The notes under the pieces: model-generated | Seen by the model: the letters and a program-made list of their open reading frames with translations, nothing else | The model's database searches: none | What the model was told of the DNA's origin: nothing | Shown here: one piece after another, positions 56,146 through 64,000 of the stretch | How the letters are laid out: every line of letters begins with the position of its first letter | Position numbering within the stretch: the first letter of the stretch is position 1 | Origin: Chitinophagales bacterium | GTDB lineage: Bacteria > Bacteroidota > Bacteroidia > Chitinophagales > CAIODY01 | Direction: 5' to 3' | DNA: 64,000 nt | NCBI GenBank assembly: GCA_947452995.1 | Contig: CANGEV010000002.1 | Location: 1,172-65,171 of the forward strand | Position numbers and translations under genes: made by a program

Positions 56146-56164
56146 TCACAATAAAAACGTTCTT

Positions 56165-56470
56165 ATGTCTCAAAGAATCCGTATCAAATTGAAATCTTAC
56201 GATCATAACTTGGTTGACAAATCAGCTGAGAAGATCGTTAAGACTGTTCGCTTAACTGGCGCCGTTGTAAGTGGTCCTATTCCATTACCAACTGACAAGC
56301 GTATCTTCACTGTTAACCGCTCTCCGCACGTTGACAAAAAATCACGCGATCAGTTCCAATTGTGCACACACAAGCGTTTGATGGACATTTATTCTTCAAC
56401 GTCTAAAACAATTGACGCGTTGATGAAACTTGAATTACCTTCTGGTGTTGAAGTTGAAATCAAAGCGTGA
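56165..56470 (+). CDS. rpsJ: 30S ribosomal protein S10
   Basis: [25 protein letters not shown]...HKRLMDI. The start is the ATG at 56165. Confidence 0.95.
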   Translation: MSQRIRIKLKSYDHNLVDKSAEKIVKTVRLTGAVVSGPIPLPTDKRIFTVNRSPHVDKKSRDQFQLCTHKRLMDIYSSTSKTIDALMKLELPSGVEVEIKA

Positions 56471-56490
56471 TAGTTCACGATACTCAATAA

Positions 56491-56524
56491 AAAAGCCTTC
56501 TGAATTTTCAGAAGGCTTTTTTTA
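56491..56524 (+). terminator. rho-independent terminator immediately after rpsJ
   Basis: Perfect stem AAAAGCCTTCTGA/TCAGAAGGCTTTT followed by a T-run. Confidence 0.8.
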
Positions 56525-56545
56525 TTTTATGAAACTCTTATTCTA

Positions 56546-56753
56546 ATTCACAATTCATATTTCACAATTCACAATTCATTCTCGATTCCAATTTAATAGA
56601 GATAAGCGTTCTTCCAAGATGCTATCGTTCTTGACTCACGAACGACCTGTTCATACTATTTAAAATGGATTGATCCGTTTCGTGGGACACGAAACTTTGC
56701 GTGGGGATCACCATTCACTCCCGATTGCTTCGCATCGGGATCACTATTCACCA
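56546..56753. repeat. repeat- and hairpin-dense spacer: CAATTCA heptamers (56551, 56565, 56572), hairpins at 56625-56645, 56677-56695 and 56720-56739, and a 15-nt direct repeat GGGATCAC(C/T)ATTCAC (56704 and 56737)
   Basis: All read directly from the sequence. Confidence 0.7.
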
Positions 56754-57890
56754 TTAACCATTAATGATTCTCGCAATATGAATACACGCGTTCAACCCTA
56801 AAAGTTTCGTATTACCATTACGTTCAACATAGCCATGTAGCTTCGTTAAAAGACTCACGATACGTTCGAATTGCTTAAGCTGTAAACGTTGCGCTAAGGC
56901 AGTACAAACGGCCTGCTCTTGCTCGTTCCAAAGCGCACTCGGCTGTCGCATTTGTTGTAGCATCAATGCCTGACGGAGCAATGAAATGGCTCCAATGATT
57001 AAATACTTTTGTTTTTCCCTGCCTAGCTTTGAAAATTGATCAGCGAAGGCCACAAAATCGCCCTTTCTGTTTTGTAAGATGATTCCCCACCAGTCGATGA
57101 GCAATTGTTCGAAGCCAAAATCGTTGGTATGTAAAAGATCCTGTGCCAAGCGATAATTACCTTCCGATAGTCGAGCTACCTGGTTGGCTTGATTTGCTGG
57201 GACACCCTGTTTAAGTAGTGCTTCAGCGATATCGCCTTCCGCTAAAGGAGGAATGCGTGTCAATTGTGTACGTGATAAGATGGTTGCAAGGATGCTTTTT
57301 TCATCTTCTGCTACCAGCAAGAAAATGGTATCAGCTGGTGGCTCTTCTAATAATTTAAGAAGCTTGTTTCCTTCCTTATCTAAATATTCCGGCATCCAAA
57401 TGATGAATACCTTGTATTTCGATTCAAACGACTTTAAATTCGAGTGTTTGATGATTTCGGCACATTCGGCAGATGTGATATTAAGTTGTTTATTTTCAAC
57501 AGCCATGGCGTCCATCCAATCGTATACATCCGGGTAGGCATGTGATTCAAGGAATTTACGCCAATGTCCCATCCAGTCGGCAGATACAGGTTTTTCATCC
57601 GATTTTTTCTTTACATCCGGGTTAGGAATGAAAGGGAAGGTGAAATGGGTGTCGGGGTGAATGAGCTGCCGCGATTTGTTACACGCCGCACATTGTCCGC
57701 AAGCGTCTTTGTCAGTGGGGTTTTCACAATGCAAGTACTGCGCATAGGCCAAGGCTAGTGGTAAAGCGCCACTGCCACTCAGTCCTAAAAAGAGCTGTGC
57801 ATGGGGAATCGCACCGCTTTTTGCGTTGCGTATCATATTCGCCTTAAGGTTGGCGTGACCTATTACTTCACTAAATAACATCGTTTGCAA
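56754..57890 (-). CDS. holB: DNA polymerase III delta-prime subunit (clamp-loader AAA+)
   Basis: HAQLFLGLSGSGALPLALAYAQYLHC, a zinc-module C-x-x-C (CGQCAACNK), and the SRTQ sensor. Confidence 0.8.
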   Translation of the reverse strand: MQTMLFSEVIGHANLKANMIRNAKSGAIPHAQLFLGLSGSGALPLALAYAQYLHCENPTDKDACGQCAACNKSRQLIHPDTHFTFPFIPNPDVKKKSDEKPVSADWMGHWRKFLESHAYPDVYDWMDAMAVENKQLNITSAECAEIIKHSNLKSFESKYKVFIIWMPEYLDKEGNKLLKLLEEPPADTIFLLVAEDEKSILATILSRTQLTRIPPLAEGDIAEALLKQGVPANQANQVARLSEGNYRLAQDLLHTNDFGFEQLLIDWWGIILQNRKGDFVAFADQFSKLGREKQKYLIIGAISLLRQALMLQQMRQPSALWNEQEQAVCTALAQRLQLKQFERIVSLLTKLHGYVERNGNTKLLGLNACIHIARIING

Positions 57891-57932
57891 AAATAATCAT
57901 TTGAATGATGTGATGAATTAAAGGTTTTTGAT

Positions 57933-57940
57933 TATCTTTG
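57933..57940 (+). promoter_or_regulatory. candidate -7 box (TATCTTTG) for rpsT
   Basis: It matches TAnnTTTG, about 40 nt upstream of the ATG. Confidence 0.4.
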
Positions 57941-57979
57941 CACACTAATCGATTAGCAAAAATAAATTTTCAAAAGACA

Positions 57980-58315
57980 ATGGCTAACCACAAAGCAACT
58001 GAAAAAGATACACGTCAAGCAAAGAAACGTAATCTTCGTAACCGCTACCAAGGAAAAACAACACGTAACGCAATGCGTAAAGTAGTTGCTTCAACTACAG
58101 CGGAAGAGGCAGCTAAGGACCTTCCAGGCGTTATCGCCATGATTGATAAATTGGCAAAGAACAATGTTATTCATAAAAATAAAGCGTCTAACTTAAAGTC
58201 AAAATTGGCTAAGCGCGTTAATGCTATGAAAAATCCTGCTGTTGAAGTAGCTGCTGCTCCTAAAAAAGCTGCTAAAAAAGCTGCTCCTAAAAAAGCTGCT
58301 AAAAAGAAATCGTAA
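57980..58315 (+). CDS. rpsT: 30S ribosomal protein S20 with a Lys/Ala-rich C-terminal extension
   Basis: [22 protein letters not shown]...HKNKASN-x-KS-x-L, followed by the tail [21 protein letters not shown]. Confidence 0.88.
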   Translation: MANHKATEKDTRQAKKRNLRNRYQGKTTRNAMRKVVASTTAEEAAKDLPGVIAMIDKLAKNNVIHKNKASNLKSKLAKRVNAMKNPAVEVAAAPKKAAKKAAPKKAAKKKS

Positions 58316-58333
58316 TCTTTTTTAAAATAGTGG

Positions 58334-58370
58334 AAAAGCACTTGAACCATTCTGGTTTGAGTGCTTTTTT
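58334..58370 (+). terminator. rho-independent terminator after rpsT
   Basis: Stem AAAAGCACTTGAACC/GGTTTGAGTGCTTTT (two G.U pairs) followed by a T-run. Confidence 0.7.
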
Positions 58371-58405
58371 ATTTTTATCCGCTTCGTTTTCGTAAATTAG
58401 TAGTA

Positions 58406-59092
58406 ATGAAAGTAAGTAATATCATCTTGATTTGTTCGGATGCCCAATTAAAGGCATTTCAGGTGCGTTTCACCGACGTGAATTTACATGCATTCCCTTC
58501 CTTTGAAGCGGTGCCCCAGGATTTATGGAAGAAGGCCCAAGCCTTGATCGATTGTTCGCTACATATTTCAAAAGAAAACATGGCTTTTTACGCAGGAGAA
58601 ATGGATGGTGTTGTGTTATTGAATGGCGTTGCTAACAATGTTTTACAAGCTTATAATGCGATTAAAGACGGCAAAGCGTACTTCGCAACCATGAATCTAT
58701 GGCCTAGCTTTCTAGAATTGGCAAAAGCCGAAATTTCGATTCCATTAGAAAAGCATCAACACAGCATTCAGCAGTTCTTCGAAAGCTTTAACTGGCCCTT
58801 TGAAAAAGTGGCTTGTCGCGTAGGTCTTGTAACCCCTCGCGTTATTGCAATGATCATCAACGAAGCTTGTTATACTGTTCAAGAAGGCACTGCAGGTATG
58901 AAAGATATTGATCTTGCCATGAAGCTCGGCACTAATTACCCATTTGGCCCCTTTGAATGGGCGAATCGTATTGGTATCGAAAATGTCTATGGGACGCTTG
59001 AAGCCATGTATGCTGATACGCAAGAAGAACGATACAAAATCTGCCCATTACTTAAAACGTATTTCCTCCGTAATGAGGTTTTCCCCATTTAA
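58406..59092 (+). CDS. 3-hydroxyacyl-CoA dehydrogenase-family protein with a degenerate N-terminal NAD-binding region
   Basis: The C-terminal 3HCDH domain is clear (PRVIAMIINEACYTVQEGTAGMKDIDLAMKLGTNYPFGPFEWAN). The N-terminus MKVSNIILICSD lacks G-x-G-x-x-G. The start is the ATG at 58406, beyond the rpsT terminator. Confidence 0.6.
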   Translation: MKVSNIILICSDAQLKAFQVRFTDVNLHAFPSFEAVPQDLWKKAQALIDCSLHISKENMAFYAGEMDGVVLLNGVANNVLQAYNAIKDGKAYFATMNLWPSFLELAKAEISIPLEKHQHSIQQFFESFNWPFEKVACRVGLVTPRVIAMIINEACYTVQEGTAGMKDIDLAMKLGTNYPFGPFEWANRIGIENVYGTLEAMYADTQEERYKICPLLKTYFLRNEVFPI

Positions 59093-59095
59093 ATA

Positions 59096-60388
59096 ATGCT
59101 ACTCGTTTACGCCCCACAAATAAGCTCTCGTTTGCAATATACTTTTAAGGTTGTCTTGCAAAATTGGTGTGGATGGCGTATTCGCTTTACCTTAAGTCGT
59201 GAAGAATATAATGCATGTGAAGAAGCTAAAATAGCGTATGTGCCTGCAAAAGAGGCTTTAGACGGCGATTGGAAGGCGCATAGTTTATTGTTTGAAGAAG
59301 GGCTCGATAAAGAGTACTACGAAACCAATCAAAGCTTTAAAAGTCTTTTCCCAGGTGGCGTAGAAGCTAGTCAATCCATAGATTGGTTTGCGGCCATCTT
59401 TTTCAATATCTCTCGTTACGAAGAATGGGTGAACCCACATCGTGATGAATACGGGCGATACGAACCACAGGAAAGTGTTTTGCATAAACAAGGTTTACTT
59501 AGTCGCCCCATTGTGGATGAATGGGTAAACGCACTACAAGCCTACCTTATAAATCTTTATCCTTCACTTGCTGCTACGGTTTTTAAACGTAAGTATCAAT
59601 CCGCTTTTAGTATCGACGTGGATCGACCTTTTCTGTACCGTGGAAGATCCTTGGGGAATCGTCTGGCAGTGTTTGGTAAAGCCGCTTTGGAAGGTAGATG
59701 GACTGATCTTACACAACATCTTTATGTGTGGTTGAAACGGGAAAAGGATCCATATGATCAGTTCGATGCGATGGTATATCATGCGCAGTTAGAAGGTTAT
59801 TCGCCGATCTATTTTTTTCATGTAGGAAGCTATGAAGAGCCAGATAAAAACGTTCGAAAGGATTACAGTGCTTATGGAAGGATGATTCGAATGGTTCCAG
59901 AAGCCGCCTGGCACGCATCTGTTCGTTCTATGCAGGCTTTGGAATATGGGCAGAAAGAGTTGAGTCAAATACGTAAATGCCGTAGGGAAGGGATTAGTAG
60001 GGTACGTCAGCATTATTTGGTAGACGATTTAGTGCATCGCCCCAAACAACTGGAATCCTTAGGTATAACGGCCGATTATAGCATGGGCTATGCCCAGCAA
60101 AATGGCTTCCGAGCCGGGACGGGCTATGCCTTTCCGCATTATGATTTTATGACGGAGACGGCATTGTCAATCGTGCATGTGCCCTTTGCTATTATGGAAA
60201 GTGCTTATCAATCGTATTTGCCGTATCAGGCGATGGAGATGTGGACCCAGTGGGAACAGATCATCCATAACGCTAAGCAAGCCAACAGTCGTTTAGAAGT
60301 AGTATTTCATTGGCATAGCTTGTCGGACCATGGCCCTTACGAAGGTTGGCGCAGTATTTATAATAAATTAATAGAAAAAGTAATATAA
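59096..60388 (+). CDS. hypothetical protein, possibly polysaccharide-deacetylase-like
   Basis: 430-aa ORF. The N-terminal pattern (L-x-Y-x-P-x-I-S-x-R-L-x-Y-x-F) recalls a conserved Bacteroidota family. This is a weak call from memory. Confidence 0.35.
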   Translation: MLLVYAPQISSRLQYTFKVVLQNWCGWRIRFTLSREEYNACEEAKIAYVPAKEALDGDWKAHSLLFEEGLDKEYYETNQSFKSLFPGGVEASQSIDWFAAIFFNISRYEEWVNPHRDEYGRYEPQESVLHKQGLLSRPIVDEWVNALQAYLINLYPSLAATVFKRKYQSAFSIDVDRPFLYRGRSLGNRLAVFGKAALEGRWTDLTQHLYVWLKREKDPYDQFDAMVYHAQLEGYSPIYFFHVGSYEEPDKNVRKDYSAYGRMIRMVPEAAWHASVRSMQALEYGQKELSQIRKCRREGISRVRQHYLVDDLVHRPKQLESLGITADYSMGYAQQNGFRAGTGYAFPHYDFMTETALSIVHVPFAIMESAYQSYLPYQAMEMWTQWEQIIHNAKQANSRLEVVFHWHSLSDHGPYEGWRSIYNKLIEKVI

Positions 60389-60389
60389 A

Positions 60390-61040
60390 ATGATAAAACA
60401 TTTAGCGCTCGAAAATTCAGTGGTTTCGAATTATCTCATGGAGATGCGTAACGTGAGCATCCAAGGAGATAGAATGCGTTTCAGACGTAATTTGGAACGT
60501 ATTGGTGAAATTATGGCTTATGAAATTTCAAAGACATTAGCCTTTTCACAAGAAGAGATTCAAACGCCATTGGCGAAAGTGGCTGTCCCGGTAATGGCAC
60601 AACAACCCATAATTACGTCAATTTTCAGAGCCGCCTTGCCGATGTATCAAGGTTTTTTGAATTATTTCGACCAGGCAGATAATGCCTTTGTTTCGGCCTA
60701 TCGTAAGCACGAAGCGGATGGAGGTTTTTCGATTGCCTTGCAATATGCGGCATTCCCTTCTTTGGAAAATCGTGTCTTGATTGTAATTGATCCGATGCTT
60801 GCGACAGGGGCTTCTATGGCTGCGACGGTACATGAACTTTTGAAATTCGGTACGCCCTCACGTATCATTCTTGCCTCAGCAATTGCCTCTCAAGATGGCG
60901 TGGATTACGTGCAGAAACACCTACCGCAAGCGGATTTATATGTCGCTGTAATCGATCCTATTTTAAATGCAGATAAATATATCGTTCCAGGCTTAGGCGA
61001 CGCAGGCGATCTTGCCTTCGGCGAAAAAATGCAACATTGA
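60390..61040 (+). CDS. upp: uracil phosphoribosyltransferase
   Basis: PRPP-binding loop VLIVIDPMLATGASM, and the C-terminal YIVPGLGDAGD. Confidence 0.88.
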   Translation: MIKHLALENSVVSNYLMEMRNVSIQGDRMRFRRNLERIGEIMAYEISKTLAFSQEEIQTPLAKVAVPVMAQQPIITSIFRAALPMYQGFLNYFDQADNAFVSAYRKHEADGGFSIALQYAAFPSLENRVLIVIDPMLATGASMAATVHELLKFGTPSRIILASAIASQDGVDYVQKHLPQADLYVAVIDPILNADKYIVPGLGDAGDLAFGEKMQH

Positions 61041-61042
61041 TT

Positions 61043-61825
61043 ATGGCAAAGCAGAAAAAATATAGCGTAATAAGTTATAATGTGAATGGGATTCGTGCCG
61101 CCCTTGGTAAAGGATTTGCGCAGTGGCTTGAAGAGACCTCTCCCGATGTGATCTGTTTACAAGAAACGAAGGCAAGTCCGGATCAAGTAGATACAAGTTT
61201 GTTTGAGCATCTGGGATACCATCATCATTGGCATTCCGCAGAGAAGAAAGGCTATAGCGGCGTTGCCATTCTCAGTAAGGAAAAACCAAAACACGTTGAA
61301 ATAGGTTGTGGCATGCCGGAATACGATCGCGAAGGACGTATTATCCGTGCCGATTTTGACAGCTTTAGTATCGTCAATACCTACTTCCCAAGTGGTAGCA
61401 GCGGTGACGAACGTCAGGACTTTAAAATGCGATTTTTGAACGACTATATCCATTTCATTAACGAGGTAAAAAAGTCGATTCCGAATTTGTTAGTTGCTGG
61501 TGATTATAATATCTGTCATAAAGCCATTGATATTCATGACCCCGTAAGTAATAAGGATAGCAGTGGATTTCTGCCTGAAGAGCGGGAATGGATGAGTCAT
61601 TTCTTTGAACAAGGATTCATGGATAGCTTCCGTCACTTCAATCCCAATCCGCACCATTATTCGTGGTGGTCGTACCGCGCTAATGCGCGCAACAATAACA
61701 AAGGCTGGCGTATCGATTATATTAACGCGAGCTCCGTTATGCAAGCTCGTCTGACAGGAGCTTCCATTCTCCCAGATGTGAAACACAGCGACCATTGCCC
61801 GGTATTAATCCAATTCAAGGACTAA
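61043..61825 (+). CDS. xth: exodeoxyribonuclease III
   Basis: SYNVNGIRA, CLQETK, GDYNI and SDHCPV motifs. I prefer the ATG at 61043 over the TTG at 61037. Confidence 0.9.
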   Translation: MAKQKKYSVISYNVNGIRAALGKGFAQWLEETSPDVICLQETKASPDQVDTSLFEHLGYHHHWHSAEKKGYSGVAILSKEKPKHVEIGCGMPEYDREGRIIRADFDSFSIVNTYFPSGSSGDERQDFKMRFLNDYIHFINEVKKSIPNLLVAGDYNICHKAIDIHDPVSNKDSSGFLPEEREWMSHFFEQGFMDSFRHFNPNPHHYSWWSYRANARNNNKGWRIDYINASSVMQARLTGASILPDVKHSDHCPVLIQFKD

Positions 61826-63381
61826 AGGAAAACTAACATACTCATTAGTGCAGTCTGAATAATTCGGGCGGCATTTTGTTTTTCTGCAAACCGCATCAAG
61901 AAATATACAGTGAGAAATAATCCTACTGCATTTAATCCGTTGAAGTTGGGCAAATGACTCACGGCTCCGGGCACACACGCAATTTTATGAATGATAAGAT
62001 TGAGATAGTGGATGCTAAAGACACAAACGAGCTTCCAGACGCCTGCAAGCCAGGTGATGGGATGCACCACTAATAAAAGAAGCAAAGCATATAAGACCAT
62101 CGTACTAACTGGAATCGCCCATAAATTGGCCAAGAGAAAATAATTTGGAAACTGCTTAAAGTAAAACAGGCACAACGGCGCCGTAAGCATTTGCGCTGCA
62201 ATTGATAGTGCGACAAGATTCCAGCTTGCTTGGAGTATTTTGTTTTCGAAAAATAGTAGTTGATACAGTCTGGGATAAATCCAAAAAATGCTGATAATGG
62301 CCGCATAAGAAAGTTGGAAGCCAACATCGAACGCATTCGCTGGATCTAAGAGTAGAAGAATAAATAACGAAGCCACGATGCCATTTTCTGCCTTCGCCTT
62401 GCGGTAGAAAAGCGGTCCTGCCAAGGTAATACTATACATCACGGCGGCCCGTAATACCGCCGCAGAGGCCCCAGCGAGGAATGCGAAACCCCAGATAAAA
62501 ACGATCATGAGCAGTGCTTGCCAACGCACTTTTTTTCGTAAAAAGAACAGCATCTTCTGTAACGCAATCACCACCAAACCCAGGTGCATGCCGCTTACGG
62601 CAAGAATATGTGAAAGCCCACAAGCCGTATAGTCGGATTGTAAAAATTTACTTAGTCCTTCCTTCTCGCCAATACATAAGGCAGTAGCAAAACAGGCGAG
62701 GCTATCGGGAAGGTTTTTATGAAATACTTCGCTGATATATTCCTGACTCCGATATAAAAAACGTTTCTGTGAAACTACGTTTTGCGTGATTTCGATGGCG
62801 GAGCTCTGCTTTCTTACATACACAATTCCGTCAATGCCCCTATTATAGGCGTTTTGTTGCCATTCTTGTAGCGTATCTTTTTTTGCGAAGTTGAGAATAC
62901 TCCCGCTTGCTCTAATGCACATCCCTTTTCCTAAGTCTGCTTGTTCTGCATATAACCATAGCTTTCCAGTAACAATTCGTTGCTGCACACTGTGCAGTGC
63001 AAGGGTAAAACGGGTGCTCTTGCCCGGACGTTTTTTACAGTCTATGATTTGGGCTTCTAGTTCCACCGCACCACTAATTGCATAATGTGATAGATGCTTT
63101 TTTTGCGCGCGTGGGTTGCGGAGATGGGCATAGAGCCAGGCGCATCCTAAAAGAAAGGTGATAAACCCTATATGTTTAAGATACTCCTTTCGATAGGCTA
63201 TTTTCCCGAAGCGGCCATAGAGAAACATTCCTAGCTGACACGTACCTCCAATAAATAGTAGAAGCAAAGGTGTTCGCAACCCAGCGTTCGGAAAGACCTT
63301 CTCCGCAATAATTCCACCAAGTAGAATCACGAGTGCTCGCAACAAAGGCAAGCGCTGCCACCAACGACGCGGTTCATTCAT
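61822..63381 (-). CDS. comEC: ComEC/Rec2-family membrane protein (DUF4131 plus competence domain, no beta-lactamase domain)
   Basis: 519 aa, polytopic. GLSHILAVSGMHLG is the core competence-domain motif. Confidence 0.78.
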   Translation of the reverse strand: MNEPRRWWQRLPLLRALVILLGGIIAEKVFPNAGLRTPLLLLFIGGTCQLGMFLYGRFGKIAYRKEYLKHIGFITFLLGCAWLYAHLRNPRAQKKHLSHYAISGAVELEAQIIDCKKRPGKSTRFTLALHSVQQRIVTGKLWLYAEQADLGKGMCIRASGSILNFAKKDTLQEWQQNAYNRGIDGIVYVRKQSSAIEITQNVVSQKRFLYRSQEYISEVFHKNLPDSLACFATALCIGEKEGLSKFLQSDYTACGLSHILAVSGMHLGLVVIALQKMLFFLRKKVRWQALLMIVFIWGFAFLAGASAAVLRAAVMYSITLAGPLFYRKAKAENGIVASLFILLLLDPANAFDVGFQLSYAAIISIFWIYPRLYQLLFFENKILQASWNLVALSIAAQMLTAPLCLFYFKQFPNYFLLANLWAIPVSTMVLYALLLLLVVHPITWLAGVWKLVCVFSIHYLNLIIHKIACVPGAVSHLPNFNGLNAVGLFLTVYFLMRFAEKQNAARIIQTALMSMLVFL

Positions 63382-63457
63382 ACTATATTAACGAACAAAA
63401 GCCCAAAAAACGTATCGCAAGGCCCGCCTTTTCTTTCATTATCCGATGAATCGGCTG

Positions 63458-63465
63458 TATATTTG
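63458..63465 (+). promoter_or_regulatory. candidate -7 box (TATATTTG) for hisS
   Basis: It matches TAnnTTTG and ends 4 nt before the ATG at 63470. Confidence 0.4.
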
Positions 63466-63469
63466 CCGT

Positions 63470-64000
63470 ATGTCGAATGTTAGTATTCCTAAGGGCACCC
63501 GCGACTTCGGTCCGGATGTGATGCGTAAACGTAATTATCTCTTTGCTGTAATCCGCAACGCCTTTATTCAGTATGGTTTTGAGCCGTTGGAGACACCAGC
63601 GATGGAGAATATTGAAACGCTCACAGGCAAGTACGGTGACGAAGGCGATAAGCTCATGTTTCGCATTTTGAATAATGGAGAGATTTTGGAAAAGGCAAAG
63701 TCGTCTGAAACCAACAATTCGCTCATCAAAAACGTCTCCGAAAAAGCTTTACGTTACGACCTTACCATTCCTTTCGCTCGCTATGTGGCGATGAACAGAG
63801 TAACCTTAGCATTCCCATTCCGTCGCTACCAAATGCAGGCCGTTTGGCGAGCCGACCGCCCGCAGAAAGGACGTTTTAGAGAGTTTTATCAATGTGACGC
63901 GGATGTCGTTGGTAGCAATTCTTTGTTGAATGAAGCAGAATTAATAGCCGTTTATTTGGATGTGTTCAAGTCCTTGAACCTGAATGTAGAAATACGTTTG
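63470..64000 (+). CDS. hisS: histidine--tRNA ligase, N-terminal part (runs off the window end)
   Basis: My own translation gives [25 protein letters not shown]...[12 protein letters not shown]...[26 protein letters not shown], which contains class II motifs 1 and 2. The frame is open to base 64000. Confidence 0.9.
   Translation, partial: MSNVSIPKGTRDFGPDVMRKRNYLFAVIRNAFIQYGFEPLETPAMENIETLTGKYGDEGDKLMFRILNNGEILEKAKSSETNNSLIKNVSEKALRYDLTIPFARYVAMNRVTLAFPFRRYQMQAVWRADRPQKGRFREFYQCDADVVGSNSLLNEAELIAVYLDVFKSLNLNVEIRL

Noticed and set aside
52969-56164. Upstream extensions of rpsL (TTG 52969), fusA (53962) and rpsJ (56105) as given in the ORF track.
   Set aside because: The canonical conserved N-termini ([28 protein letters not shown]) begin at internal ATGs. 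The extensions are read-through of intergenic or upstream coding sequence.
1-64000. A window-wide search for CRISPR arrays, rRNA, transposases, integrases, restriction-modification genes, toxin-antitoxin pairs, retron or DGR reverse transcriptases, and other known defence modules.
   Set aside because: None of these was found by eye. The only accessory-looking DNA is the Fic insertion. The MoxR/VWA genes belong to the housekeeping Bat operon, not to a conflict-type ternary system.

Overview
This is a chromosomal segment from a Bacteroidota genome. The evidence for that phylum is a type-B T9SS C-terminal sorting domain, the MoxR/DUF58/BatA-E aerotolerance operon, TAnnTTTG -7 promoter boxes, very short or absent 5' leaders, and no Shine-Dalgarno sequences. 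About 62 protein genes and one tRNA are supportable. Most are core housekeeping genes: purB, purT, panD, rpoD, maeB, gatA, tatA, alaS, rnhB, queA, rpsL-rpsG-fusA-rpsJ, rpsT, holB, upp, xth, comEC and a partial hisS. I found no CRISPR array, rRNA, transposase, integrase or recognisable multi-gene defence system. The only clearly accessory DNA is a roughly 1.5 kb insertion next to tRNA-Ser. It encodes a class-II Fic (AMPylase-like) protein and is bracketed by a 146-bp direct duplication of the queA 3' end, which looks like an att-type footprint with no recombinase present. Other points worth a second look:
- Lys/Ala-rich histone-H1-like C-terminal tails on MaeB, S20 and S12. The S20 tail contains a 27-nt in-frame tandem duplication.
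- A 17-residue polyQ tract and an E/K/Q low-complexity domain in BatC.
- A conserved, uncharacterised operon encoding a dehydrogenase-like protein, a split HdrDE-like membrane Fe-S protein, and a protein of unknown function.
- A T9SS adhesin followed by an outer-membrane-like protein that is translationally coupled to a NatAB-like ABC exporter.
- An orphan promoter plus terminator upstream of the DUF3467-rpsL cluster, which could be a small RNA or a leader.
- A break in the S10 ribosomal operon directly after rpsJ, followed by a hairpin- and repeat-dense spacer.
- A 59-aa Cys-rich ORF that falls below the ORF-track cutoff.

All product calls come from motif and family recognition by eye. No searches were run.
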